A stretch of 64,000 bases of DNA from an uncultured Rikenellaceae bacterium (GTDB taxonomy: Bacteria; Bacteroidota; Bacteroidia; Bacteroidales; VadinHA17), in assembly GCA_964639725.1 (NCBI GenBank), contig CAZXFB010000018.1, positions 6,054 through 70,053 on the forward strand, in the 5' to 3' direction. The notes under the pieces were generated by a model. It was not told where the DNA came from and ran no database searches. It worked only from the letters and a program-made list of their open reading frames with translations. Shown here one piece after another: positions 51,062 to 61,040 of the stretch. Position 1 is the first letter of the stretch; every line of letters begins with the position of its first letter. A program made the translations under genes and the position numbers.

Positions 51062-51742
51062 ATGAAAGTTTTATTAGCTGAAGATGACAGGGATTTTGGA
51101 AATATTCTTTCCCAGTATGTAACAATAAGCGGTTTTGATGTCACACTGGCACGCAATGGAAAGGATGCATGGGATATGTTTAACAGCGAGAAACCTGATA
51201 TTTGTGTCCTTGATGTAATGATGCCTGAAATGGATGGATTCACCCTGGGTGAAAAAATTAAGCAAACAACTCCTGGTGTTCCCCTTATTTATCTTACAGC
51301 AAAAAGTCTGAAGGAAGATATTGTAAGGGGGCTGAAGATTGGGGCCGATGATTATATTACAAAACCTTTTGATCCTGAAGTACTGATTTTAAGGATCAAT
51401 AATATTCTTAAAAGGGCCTACTCCTCAATTAATGATGAATATAGAATTTCATCCACATTACTCAAATTCAACACTCTGGAACTTATCTGCTGTGATACCA
51501 CCGAAAAACTTACCCTAAAGGAGGCTCAGTTGCTGAAGTATTTCATTGTAAACAAGAATAAAATGCTTGCCAGGGAAGATATCCTTACTGAGATTTGGGG
51601 AGAGGACGATTATTTTCTTGGCAGAAGCATGGATGTCTTCATAAGCAGATTGCGAAAATTCATCTCAGAAGATAAAAATCTTGATATACGGACAGTCCGT
51701 GGGACAGGATTTATACTTGAAGAGATTAAAAAGGAAGAGTAG
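51062..51742 (+). CDS. OmpR/PhoB-family response regulator
   Basis: VLLAEDD, VLDVMMPEMDG and KPF receiver motifs. Winged helix LTLKEAQLLKYF and VRGTGFIL. Confidence 0.9.
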   Translation: MKVLLAEDDRDFGNILSQYVTISGFDVTLARNGKDAWDMFNSEKPDICVLDVMMPEMDGFTLGEKIKQTTPGVPLIYLTAKSLKEDIVRGLKIGADDYITKPFDPEVLILRINNILKRAYSSINDEYRISSTLLKFNTLELICCDTTEKLTLKEAQLLKYFIVNKNKMLAREDILTEIWGEDDYFLGRSMDVFISRLRKFISEDKNLDIRTVRGTGFILEEIKKEE

Positions 51743-51811
51743 GTTCTGGTAATTAAAACTGTGCTATAGTTTAAATTATAGCATAGCATTTCATTTATGT
51801 TATACTGTTTT

Positions 51812-52915
51812 CTACTTCCCTCCAAGAACTTCTTTTACTTTATTAAAAAGCGCTTCTCCTGTGAGATTTCTGGCTATGATTATACCTTTCTCATCCAATA
51901 AAAAATTAGAAGGTATTACATTGATTGCGTATAATTTTGCTGCAGCATTATTGCCACGTAAGAGATCCGATACATGTGTCCATGTAAGTTTATCATCAGA
52001 TATGGCTTTTATCCAATCCTCTTTTTTTGAATCAAGGGATACTCCAATAATATCAAATCCTTTATTCTTATATTCATTGAATACCCTGGCCACATTGGGA
52101 TTTTCCTGTCTGCAAGGGCCGCACCATGCTGCCCAGAAATCGATCAGAAGAAGCCTGGACCCAATTTTTGATGAAAGGGTTACAGGATTACCATTAACAT
52201 CATTCATAGTAAAATCCGGTGCCTTTTGCCCGACAACAACAGTTTTCATAACAGCAACCCTCTCCTTCAGACTCATAATAACAGGTATTCTGGCTACGAT
52301 CGAATCCATTGGCTTCAGATATGATTCAATTTCTTCAGCTTCCATGCTATAGCTGAGACTGTTGAGTATTGATGGTGCAACGAATGAACCAGGATTATTT
52401 CTAACAAACTCTTTCTGCAGGGCAGTCATCTCACCCTGAATTGTTTTTATTTCATTTTCATATTCAGCAACTTTTGGCTTGTCTCCTGTCTGGCTGGATG
52501 TCTGATAGTTTGCATATGCATTTGAATATCTTTCACTCAGGAGCTTATTTGAATTAATGAAAGACTGATATTCATCTTGTGTTTTTGAACCTGAAATTTT
52601 TGCATTAAAAAGTGAATCCAGCCTTCCGGTTATTGATATCTCAGCGTTCTCGATGTAAAAAGAAGTTCTGAGTCCTTTGCCCTTAGCAACAAATTGAATC
52701 AACTGGGGATAATCAATTGCACCACCTTTAATCTTAAATGATCCCTTCCTGGAGACTGCTGAATCAATTGTGACAAGTTTGCCAGCTTCACGTTTCTGAA
52801 TTAGGAATGTAACAGTGTCAGAACCCTCTATTTTTCCTGTAATTGTATAATGCGGTTCGTTGGTACATGAAGCCATCAAAACCAGAATAATTATCAAAAA
52901 ACTAATCTTTTGCAT
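51812..52915 (-). CDS. TlpA-family thiol:disulfide oxidoreductase with N-terminal DUF4369-like domain
   Basis: Lipobox LMASC and active site FWAAWCGPC. ATG at 52915 preferred over the long track ORF. Confidence 0.8.
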   Translation of the reverse strand: MQKISFLIIILVLMASCTNEPHYTITGKIEGSDTVTFLIQKREAGKLVTIDSAVSRKGSFKIKGGAIDYPQLIQFVAKGKGLRTSFYIENAEISITGRLDSLFNAKISGSKTQDEYQSFINSNKLLSERYSNAYANYQTSSQTGDKPKVAEYENEIKTIQGEMTALQKEFVRNNPGSFVAPSILNSLSYSMEAEEIESYLKPMDSIVARIPVIMSLKERVAVMKTVVVGQKAPDFTMNDVNGNPVTLSSKIGSRLLLIDFWAAWCGPCRQENPNVARVFNEYKNKGFDIIGVSLDSKKEDWIKAISDDKLTWTHVSDLLRGNNAAAKLYAINVIPSNFLLDEKGIIIARNLTGEALFNKVKEVLGGK

Positions 52916-53059
52916 AATAGTGTAATTTAAATTTGCATCTGCCTTAAAATGATTTGGTTCGCAAAGATAAATTATAATCTTTGATTCGCATATAGTTTTT
53001 ATGCTCATAATCAATCAGCTTGCAAACAGAAAAATGGAAGTATTATCAGGGAAGCAATT

Positions 53060-54148
53060 TTACTTATTAAAATATTTGTCCAACAGGTGAATTGCTGCCT
53101 GATAAGAAGTAATAGTACCTTCATATAATTGTTTTTCAAGTTCAGGTCTTGATAACTTTACTTCTTCATTATTATAAAAGTTGGTATTCAGGTATTCGAT
53201 TATGGTATCATGCATACTGATAACTCCCTGTTGTTTCCTGCGTTCATCAAAATACCCTGATTGTTTAGTAAAATCAACATATTGCATAACATTATCCCAT
53301 ATCTCATTGATCCCTGTATTAAGTATGGATGAGCATGTAAGTACCTTAGGTTTCCATCCAGACAATTGAACCGGAAATAATTGAACAGCATTCTCAAATG
53401 AGACTTTTGCACCTTCAGCAATTGTTTTATTTGCGCCATCTGCTTTAGTTATTGATATTACATCTGCCATTTCCATAATTCCCCGTTTTATTCCCTGCAG
53501 TTCATCACCTGCTCCTGCAACCAGTAGCAGAAGGAAGAAATCCACCATGGAATGTACGGCAGTCTCTGATTGACCTACACCTACAGTCTCAACAAGGATT
53601 GTATCAAATCCGGCAGCTTCGCAAAGAATTATCGTCTCCCTTGTTTTACGGGCAACTCCACCAAGTGTACCTGCTGCTGGTGAAGGCCTGATAAATGCAT
53701 TGGGATTTATACTGAGTTTCTCCATCCTTGTCTTATCACCTAGTATACTTCCCTTGGTTCTCTCACTGCTTGGATCGATTGCCAATACTGCCAGTTTCCT
53801 TCCTTCACTGGTGATAAGCAAACCAAATGTTTCAATAAAAGTACTCTTACCTGCGCCGGGAACTCCTGTAACTCCAATCCTTACAGATTTTGAACTGTAA
53901 GGAAGGCATCTTTCAACTATCTGCTGGGCAACTTCATAATGTCTTGTAAGGGAACTTTCTACCAAAGTTATTGCCTGGCTCAAAATTGTCCGGTTTCCTT
54001 CAAGTATACCCGTAACATAGTCATTTACAGAGTATATTGTTCGTTTCTTCTTTCCATTTTGTATAAGAATATCAGGATTTATACTTGGAGGTTGCATTAT
54101 CCCTTTACGGATATTAAGAGCACTCTTATATCCTTCCCTTTCTTTCAT
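53060..54148 (-). CDS. meaB: Methylmalonyl-CoA mutase-associated GTPase MeaB/ArgK
   Basis: GVTGVPGAGKSTFIE P-loop, LAIDPSS, VETVGVGQSE, ITKAD (NKxD-type). Confidence 0.85.
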   Translation of the reverse strand: MKEREGYKSALNIRKGIMQPPSINPDILIQNGKKKRTIYSVNDYVTGILEGNRTILSQAITLVESSLTRHYEVAQQIVERCLPYSSKSVRIGVTGVPGAGKSTFIETFGLLITSEGRKLAVLAIDPSSERTKGSILGDKTRMEKLSINPNAFIRPSPAAGTLGGVARKTRETIILCEAAGFDTILVETVGVGQSETAVHSMVDFFLLLLVAGAGDELQGIKRGIMEMADVISITKADGANKTIAEGAKVSFENAVQLFPVQLSGWKPKVLTCSSILNTGINEIWDNVMQYVDFTKQSGYFDERRKQQGVISMHDTIIEYLNTNFYNNEEVKLSRPELEKQLYEGTITSYQAAIHLLDKYFNK

Positions 54149-54241
54149 TTGAGTTTATTTATAAGGCAAAAATAACAAAAGGGTGCCAGATTAAACTCTT
54201 TCACCCTCAGTAATAGTAATAAAAAGCTATGACTTTCTTAC

Positions 54242-55333
54242 CTATTTCGCACCTGCAGGTTGCTGAACATCTGCACTAAGCATAAGTACAACCTCCGAAT
54301 TTCTTGGATCATTGGTATAAACATAGATAGCTTTGGTCTGCTTACCGACATATGTACCAGAATTAAATGTTGCTTTAATTGAGCTTGATTCGCCGGGTTT
54401 TATACCAACACCCATAGTTCCCTGTTGTACCGCTGTGCAACCGCAAGTTGACTTTACATGCCTGATTATAAGGTCCTTTTTTCCTTCATTCTTAAATTTG
54501 AAAACAACTTCATTGGCAGTATTACCCTGTATCTTACCCAGATCAACAGTTGTTGATTCAACCTTAAATAAAGGGGAATTCAGAATATCATCTTTCGAAA
54601 GAGATGAAAAATCTTCAACTAGGTTAGCTGATACATAATAGTATACATTTTCCTGTGGCACCCCATTAAGTTTTACTTTCACGATATCGCTTACATTCCC
54701 CCATGCGAGATTCTTTGTAGCATCATAAGTTCCTTCCACTATTCCTTTCTGCCCTGGTTTAAGGGTTTCAGGGCTAGCCTTTAAGGCAAGATGAACAGGA
54801 AGCTGGTCAAATTCAATTTTAACCGGAGAAGATGAAGTGTTGATAATCGGCATCACTCTGATCTTTTTTTCAGTCTTTTTTACATTTGTAAATGCCAGGT
54901 GGTTTGACTCAAACCGGATGGTACCAACGAGAAATGTATATAATTCTTCTACAGTTTTTTCGTGTGGAATAACTTCTCCCTTAATAACAAGAATAATAAC
55001 TTCAGGTTTTGAATTGGTATAAACAGAAAGCGTTTTATTAAATGGTCCGGGTCTGTTTACAGGATCATATATTGCAGTGATCTTGCCTTTTCCTCCAGCA
55101 GGTATAGGTGTCTTTGTCCATTCCGGAGTTGTACACCCGCATGATGCAACAATGTTCTGAATAACCAATGGTGCATTCCCCTTGTTCGTAACAATAAAAT
55201 CAAAAGTCTGTTTCCCTGCTTCCTCTTTGAATGTTCCAAAATCATGTTCTGTAGCCGATACCTGCATAGAAGGTTGTGACCAAACAGAAATTCCCAAAAG
55301 AAAAAACGAATAAAATAAAAGTAATTTTTTCAT
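54242..55333 (-). CDS. DUF1573 domain-containing secreted protein (repeated Ig-like domains)
   Basis: Signal peptide. Two CGCT motifs (ASCGCTTPEW, STCGCTAVQ) in HDFGT/VDLGK-type repeats. Confidence 0.75.
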   Translation of the reverse strand: MKKLLLFYSFFLLGISVWSQPSMQVSATEHDFGTFKEEAGKQTFDFIVTNKGNAPLVIQNIVASCGCTTPEWTKTPIPAGGKGKITAIYDPVNRPGPFNKTLSVYTNSKPEVIILVIKGEVIPHEKTVEELYTFLVGTIRFESNHLAFTNVKKTEKKIRVMPIINTSSSPVKIEFDQLPVHLALKASPETLKPGQKGIVEGTYDATKNLAWGNVSDIVKVKLNGVPQENVYYYVSANLVEDFSSLSKDDILNSPLFKVESTTVDLGKIQGNTANEVVFKFKNEGKKDLIIRHVKSTCGCTAVQQGTMGVGIKPGESSSIKATFNSGTYVGKQTKAIYVYTNDPRNSEVVLMLSADVQQPAGAK

Positions 55334-55527
55334 CTTATTAATAATTTAGTAAACTGTATCGTAATCACTCTTTTTGTCACCCCGCATAATCCGGTTGACA
55401 TTGTAACAACTTTTGTGCAGTTTTGGTTGCATGGAGTATAACAAAAATCAGACCGAAAATAAAATTAAAAAACTGAACAAAAATAATAAAGTTTACTCCT
55501 TTTCGGCATTTTAAAACAGATTATCAT

Positions 55528-55535
55528 TAGTTTTG
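55528..55535 (+). promoter_or_regulatory. Bacteroidota-type -7 box (TAGTTTTG)
   Basis: Exact TAnnTTTG match about 58 nt upstream of the ATG at 55593. Confidence 0.35.
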
Positions 55536-55592
55536 CTGCTCAGCCATGAATATTTGGAATAAAATTTGCTGAAACAAGTTCCGGTTTATCTC

Positions 55593-58500
55593 ATGAAGAT
55601 ATTGATAATGAGAAATATCAAAAAACTGATTATTACCATATTAGCATTTGGCTTCTACCTGAATGCCAGCAGCCAGTTTTACAATGGCCATCAGATGAAC
55701 TTCGGTAAAAACAAAGTTCAATACTTTAATTACTACTGGTCATTCTACAGATTTGATGATTTCGACTGTTACTTTAATGAATATGGAAAGGATATAGCAG
55801 AGTTCACAGCAGATTATGCTATGAAAAAACTGGAAGAAATACAGGACTATTTTGATTACACGCTCGATAAAAGATTGATTTTTATTATTTTCAATAAAAA
55901 TGCAGAATATAAACAATCGAATATTGGTCTTGTCACATTTGAGGAAGAGAGCTATAATACCGGTGGATTTAACAGGATAATTAAAAACAAGGTAATGCTT
56001 TTCTATGAAGGCGATCATGTAGCTTTTCAAAAGCAAATCTCATCGGCAATTACTGAAGTACTCATAAACGAAATGCTTTATAACGCTGATATCAAGGACA
56101 GAGTATCAAGTTCGTCAATAATTAATATGCCTGACTGGTATATCAAAGGACTTATCAATTATGTTGCTTATAACTGGGATTATGAAACAGAAAACAGAGT
56201 AAAGGATGGTATTGTATCGGGAAAATATAAAAAAATAAACAACCTCGAATATGAAGATGCAATCTATGCCGGACAATCATTCTGGAGATTTATTGGGAAA
56301 AAATATGGAGATGCCCTGATACCTAACATCATTTATCTGACTAAAATATATAAGAATGTTGATGATGGTTTTCTTTACGTTATGGGGCAGGATCTTAAGG
56401 ATCTCCTTAAAGAATGGAAAGAATACTACATGAATGAATATGCAGAGGATAAAAATTTACCGGCAGATAATGGCAATGTAATTAAAAAATCAAAAAAAGA
56501 ACAGGTATATCAACAGGTAAAGGTCTCTCCTGATGGTAAATATATTGCCTATGTCACAAATGACTGGGGTAGAAAAAGAATATGGCTATATGACCAGGTC
56601 ACCGGTAAACAGAAAAAAATATTCAGGAAAGAACCGAGGTTTGAACAGGTTACAGACAACACTTACCCCGTTATTGCCTGGCACCCTAACGGAAAAATTC
56701 TGACAATCATCACTGACGAAAAGGCTGACCTGGTAATGTATTTCTACAGGATTAATGAAAAAACGACAGAAAAAAGGAATCTTCTTTATTTTGATAAAAT
56801 ACTCGATTTTTCATATTCCCCTGACGGTTCCCGGTTAGTCTTTTCTGCTGTAAAGGATGGAATAACAGACATATATATTCATGCTATTGCGTCAGGTACA
56901 AATGAGCAAATCACCAGGGACCTTTCAGATGATCTTTATCCCTCTTTTCTGAAAGAGTCTCCGGACAAAATTATTTTTTCATCAAACAGGTTGTCAGATA
57001 CTCTTACAAATACCGGAAGTCCATATGAAAAAATGTCGCAGACATTTGACCTGTTTACCTATAAAACGACAGAAAGGAGCAACCTACTGACAAGATTACC
57101 TGAGGGTAAATATACTGACAGGTTTCAGGCTTCTGAAATCGGGAAAGACAGAATATCCTACATTGGCGATGCAAATGGCGTTCTTAACCGGTATATTGCA
57201 AAATATGACAGTTCAATAAGTTATATTGATACAACAACTCATTTCCGTTATTTTATCAAATCACAACCTTTTACCAACTATGACCGTAATATTCTTAATC
57301 AATCTCTAGCCAACGGATCCGACACATATGGAGAAGTACTTTTCAGTAAAAGAAAATTTGTATTAAGAAAGGGTTCACTCAGCAATTCGGAAAGTATACC
57401 TACATCCGAAATAAAAAACAGTACTTTCAGAAATGAGAGAACTCAGTATTTACATAAGGCAGACAGTATTGAGCAGTTAAGACAATGGCTACTGGCAGAA
57501 GATAAAAAAAGGAGAGATACTTTAACAAAACCATTATATGAGTATTACATTAAGGATGAACCGATAGATATCAATCATTATATATTTGAAAAAGAAAAAG
57601 AAAACTATTATAATGAACTTTGGAAGAAGGATTATATGGACATTGACCTTGACACCGGGGAACTCAATTTGCCTTCGATAAGGATCTATGAAACATCATT
57701 TTATAATAACTATATTTCCAACCAGATAGACTTTAGCTTCCTAAATAATTCATACCAGGTATATAGTGGTGGAGCACCTTATTTTAATCCCGGTGTCAAT
57801 GTAATGACCAGGATCGGTGCCCTTGACTTGTTTGAAGATTATCGCATTACAGGTGGGTTCAGGTTCTCCGGTAACTTTGACAGCAATGAATACCTTCTCA
57901 GTGCTGAGAATCTGAAAGGAACTTTTGATAAACAGCTGATTTTTCACCGGCAGGCCTTTTTTGCTTCGAATGATTCAAACCAGCTTTTCAAGATTTATAC
58001 CCACAATATTTATATTTCATATGCAAAACCATTCACCCCTGTTCTTGCACTAAAAGGCACACTGGCCTATAGAAATGACCGGCAGGTAATTCTTGCCACT
58101 GATATTGCCTCGCTTAACTACAAGAGTCTTTTACGTCACTGGGTCAGCCTAAAGGGTGAGTTAATATATGATAATACAAGAAAGAGAAACATTAATATCT
58201 ACATTGGAACAAGATTTAAAATTTTTGGCGAATATTATAAGGAGATGACTGCCAGAAAATCCGATATGTTTGTACTTGGAATTGATTTCAGAAAATATAT
58301 CAGAATTCACAGGGAACTTATCTGGGCAAACAGGTTTGCGGCAAGTAGCTCGTTTGGACCAACAAAACTGGTTTACTACCTTGGAGGCGTAGATAACTGG
58401 ATGGGTTATCTTTTTAATAAATATCCCATGTTCGACAATTCCATTCCAGTAAGCTCAACCAATAATTATGGATTCCAGGCAATTGCTACCAATATGAGAG

Positions 58501-58886
58501 GTTTTACTCAAAATATAAGAAACGGAAATAATTTTGCTCTTATAAATAGTGAAATCAGGTGGCCGTTTATCAGATATTTTGCCGGGCATCCACTTCGTTC
58601 CAATTTCCTTAACAGCCTTCAGGTTGTTGGATTCGGTGATGTAGGTACTGCCTGGTCTGGAAAGAGTCCATGGTCGGGGGATAATGCTTATGATACAGAA
58701 ATATTTAAAAACGGTCCTGTAATTGTAACTCTTGATTCGAACAGGGATCCGATAGTTGCAGGTTTCGGTGCCGGTGCCAGAGCGCAGATAATGGGATACT
58801 TCGTCAGGGCTGACTGGGCCTGGGGTATTGAAAATAACTACATTTTACCGAAGATTTTCTATCTGTCTTTCAGCCTGGATTTTTAG
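55593..58886 (+). CDS. Large envelope protein: N-terminal domain + PD40/TolB-like propeller repeats + C-terminal Omp85-type beta-barrel
   Basis: Signal peptide (MRNIKKLIITILAFGFYLNASS; the start is 55593 or 55608, and the track start at 55566 is TTG). SPDGKYIAYV and SPDGSRLVFS repeats. C-terminal GFGDVGTAW...GFGAGARAQ...LSFSLDF. Confidence 0.65.
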   Translation: MKILIMRNIKKLIITILAFGFYLNASSQFYNGHQMNFGKNKVQYFNYYWSFYRFDDFDCYFNEYGKDIAEFTADYAMKKLEEIQDYFDYTLDKRLIFIIFNKNAEYKQSNIGLVTFEEESYNTGGFNRIIKNKVMLFYEGDHVAFQKQISSAITEVLINEMLYNADIKDRVSSSSIINMPDWYIKGLINYVAYNWDYETENRVKDGIVSGKYKKINNLEYEDAIYAGQSFWRFIGKKYGDALIPNIIYLTKIYKNVDDGFLYVMGQDLKDLLKEWKEYYMNEYAEDKNLPADNGNVIKKSKKEQVYQQVKVSPDGKYIAYVTNDWGRKRIWLYDQVTGKQKKIFRKEPRFEQVTDNTYPVIAWHPNGKILTIITDEKADLVMYFYRINEKTTEKRNLLYFDKILDFSYSPDGSRLVFSAVKDGITDIYIHAIASGTNEQITRDLSDDLYPSFLKESPDKIIFSSNRLSDTLTNTGSPYEKMSQTFDLFTYKTTERSNLLTRLPEGKYTDRFQASEIGKDRISYIGDANGVLNRYIAKYDSSISYIDTTTHFRYFIKSQPFTNYDRNILNQSLANGSDTYGEVLFSKRKFVLRKGSLSNSESIPTSEIKNSTFRNERTQYLHKADSIEQLRQWLLAEDKKRRDTLTKPLYEYYIKDEPIDINHYIFEKEKENYYNELWKKDYMDIDLDTGELNLPSIRIYETSFYNNYISNQIDFSFLNNSYQVYSGGAPYFNPGVNVMTRIGALDLFEDYRITGGFRFSGNFDSNEYLLSAENLKGTFDKQLIFHRQAFFASNDSNQLFKIYTHNIYISYAKPFTPVLALKGTLAYRNDRQVILATDIASLNYKSLLRHWVSLKGELIYDNTRKRNINIYIGTRFKIFGEYYKEMTARKSDMFVLGIDFRKYIRIHRELIWANRFAASSSFGPTKLVYYLGGVDNWMGYLFNKYPMFDNSIPVSSTNNYGFQAIATNMRGFTQNIRNGNNFALINSEIRWPFIRYFAGHPLRSNFLNSLQVVGFGDVGTAWSGKSPWSGDNAYDTEIFKNGPVIVTLDSNRDPIVAGFGAGARAQIMGYFVRADWAWGIENNYILPKIFYLSFSLDF

Positions 58887-59097
58887 GCTTATGTCTTTGT
58901 ACTTTAACTTGTTATGGATATTATCAGGTTCAATGTATCTGTTTTTAAAACCTGAATGAAAGTTTAATCGTTTGTATTCAGGAATTAAATTGTCTCCCAG
59001 ATATAAATTAATTTATTAATCTTATTGATCTATTTGATGATACGATAGATAAGAATAGTTTATTTTAGAATATCCTTTTTCATTTAAAATATTTAGG

Positions 59098-59105
59098 TAC
59101 TTTTG
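59098..59105 (+). promoter_or_regulatory. Bacteroidota-type -7 box (TACTTTTG)
   Basis: Exact TAnnTTTG match ending 39 nt upstream of the ferredoxin ATG. Confidence 0.4.
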
Positions 59106-59143
59106 TGCAACTATTGTAATTTATTAAACTAAAAATCATAGCA

Positions 59144-59311
59144 ATGGCTTACAAAATTAATGATGATTGCACTGCATGCGGAACCTGTATCGATGAGTGT
59201 CCAGTTGAAGCTATCTCTGAAGGCGACATTTATAAAATTGATCCTGATGTATGTACCGATTGTGGTGCATGTGCAGATGTTTGCCCAGTTGAGGCAATAC
59301 ATCCTGAATAG
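59144..59311 (+). CDS. 2x[4Fe-4S] ferredoxin (55 aa; below the ORF-track length cutoff)
   Basis: Hand translation gives MAYKINDDCTACGTCIDECPVEAISEGDIYKIDPDVCTDCGACADVCPVEAIHPE*. It contains two CxxCxxCxxxCP motifs. Confidence 0.9.
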   Translation: MAYKINDDCTACGTCIDECPVEAISEGDIYKIDPDVCTDCGACADVCPVEAIHPE

Positions 59312-59332
59312 AAAAGCAATCTAAATGGAATA

Positions 59333-59364
59333 AAAAGCTGTGCCTCAGGGTGCAGCTTTTTTTT
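59333..59364. terminator. Bidirectional rho-independent terminator between ferredoxin and the GldB-like gene
   Basis: AGCTGTGCC (59336-44) / GGTGCAGCT (59349-57) hairpin including G-U pairs. Flanked by an A-run upstream and a T-run downstream. Confidence 0.65.
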
Positions 59365-60385
59365 AGTGTGGACTATACTTTGCCTTCTCTAAAATACCTT
59401 GAAAATCAGCATCATTCATCAGTTCACTAAGCTTAACCGCCGGATTCTTCATCATATATGATTCGACGATTCTGAAACCGAGCCATACCGCTGCTCTCCC
59501 GGGCGATTCATTGGTATAATAACTGGTAAATGGAGCTTCTCCTGTGAATTTTCTTATTGTAAACTGATCACTGGTGAACAAAAGGTCATGCTCAACCAGA
59601 TATGTCCACATCTGACTTTCATTATTTCTACAGAATTTTACCTGATCAGATGTAAATCCAAAGATCAGCTCATCTCTGGTTGATGGCAGTATACATTTTT
59701 CAAAATACTTCAGTTTACCCTCATGGATCATCTCTGACAATAGTATATCTGAAGAATAATTCACAGTATCAAAGATCCATTCTGAGGCTCCCCATCCGTA
59801 AATACAATCAGGAACAATATTCTCAGGAGTCATCCTTGCTGAAATGTATTTATAAATACCCAGCCGGGGATAAAAATCACAATCAGCACCCAGGTAACGG
59901 TCAAGTCCTATCCCTAGTACAGAATCACCTGTAATAATACTATTGTTAAATCCTGTAATGCACGTAAAAACCGAAGGAGCTTTCTTATCAGGAAAATAGT
60001 AGAGATAATGACGAAAAGCCTCCTCAATCTCATCTTCAATTCCCTTAATTTCGGGATATAGCTTCCTGGTCAATGAAAATATTTCATTATTCTGCTTGTC
60101 GGTACAAAACCTGATCAGAAAATCAACAAAAGAAGGATCTTCCGAATTACCTGCATTGATTACCAGTCCGAATAACTCTAAGAAACCCTTATACTTTTCC
60201 TTTATTGAAGGGAGTTGTGCTGCAATTATATCCGGATTCAGGGTAAAAAGATCATATTCCAGGCGCTTTATTTCAATATCTAAAAGTACAGTTGATGTAT
60301 TGACTTTGTAATGATCCCTCTTACAGTAAATAAACACCGGAAGAATCATGAAAAGAATTATAACCAGTTTGAAACGGAATTTCAT
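59363..60385 (-). CDS. GldB-like gliding-motility lipoprotein family protein
   Basis: Lipobox-like FIYC. N-terminal IEIKRLEYDLF pattern as in GldB (ERFDKxFF-like). Size about 340 aa. This is a recalled family resemblance only. Confidence 0.5.
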   Translation of the reverse strand: MKFRFKLVIILFMILPVFIYCKRDHYKVNTSTVLLDIEIKRLEYDLFTLNPDIIAAQLPSIKEKYKGFLELFGLVINAGNSEDPSFVDFLIRFCTDKQNNEIFSLTRKLYPEIKGIEDEIEEAFRHYLYYFPDKKAPSVFTCITGFNNSIITGDSVLGIGLDRYLGADCDFYPRLGIYKYISARMTPENIVPDCIYGWGASEWIFDTVNYSSDILLSEMIHEGKLKYFEKCILPSTRDELIFGFTSDQVKFCRNNESQMWTYLVEHDLLFTSDQFTIRKFTGEAPFTSYYTNESPGRAAVWLGFRIVESYMMKNPAVKLSELMNDADFQGILEKAKYSPH

Positions 60386-60903
60386 TTTTCAATTATTTTT
60401 AACTTCCTAAAATTAACTACTTTCATCTTATCAGACAACAATTAAAAACGGCACAATAACTTACCTTATTATTTGTTATTTTAGCAGATGATATGAAAAT
60501 GAAAAATAAGAGTGTTTCATTATAAATTCCATCAACAGGCAAGGAAAGTTTATAAATACAAAGTCATAAGAGGTAATAAACAGTATAATGTATAATCATG
60601 AATCTAACATATCATGTATATTATTTATAATGAACATATTATAAAACAGTAATTAGTAACAAAACACAAATGGGAGATAAACTTCAATTGTCTTCGGAAC
60701 GGGAGATTTCCGGATGATACACAGAATGAAAAAAGGATTAGTCTCCCGTATGGAAGATAAGTTGTTAGTCTGAATTAAGACCAGGTTATGCTAAAGGGGT
60801 AAGTAATCTCAACCTGAATAACAAAATGAACCCCTTGAGAGATATTGAATAAAATAATATGAGTATCGGTTATCAATAATAAATTTAAAACAATTGGTTA
60901 TGA

Positions 60904-61040
60904 GATTCCTCGCTAACGCTCGGAATGACAGTATTTTATGTGACATAGGGGAAAGCAGAGGCGATTCGCTCAGCGAATCACCTCTGCTTTCCACACAAAC
61001 AACCAACATCGCATGTCATTCCGAGCGCCAGCGAGGAATC
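60904..61040. repeat. 137-nt nested palindromic (REP/MITE-like) element
   Basis: Outer 27-nt arms at 60904-60930 and 61014-61040 (25/27 complementary; GATTCCTCGC..CGGAATGACA motif). Inner 20-bp hairpin at 60950-60969 / 60973-60992 (19/20). Confidence 0.75.

Noticed and set aside
60809-61009. 66-aa minus-strand ORF
   Set aside because: It lies entirely within and next to the nested palindromic element, and its sequence is dictated by the repeat arms.
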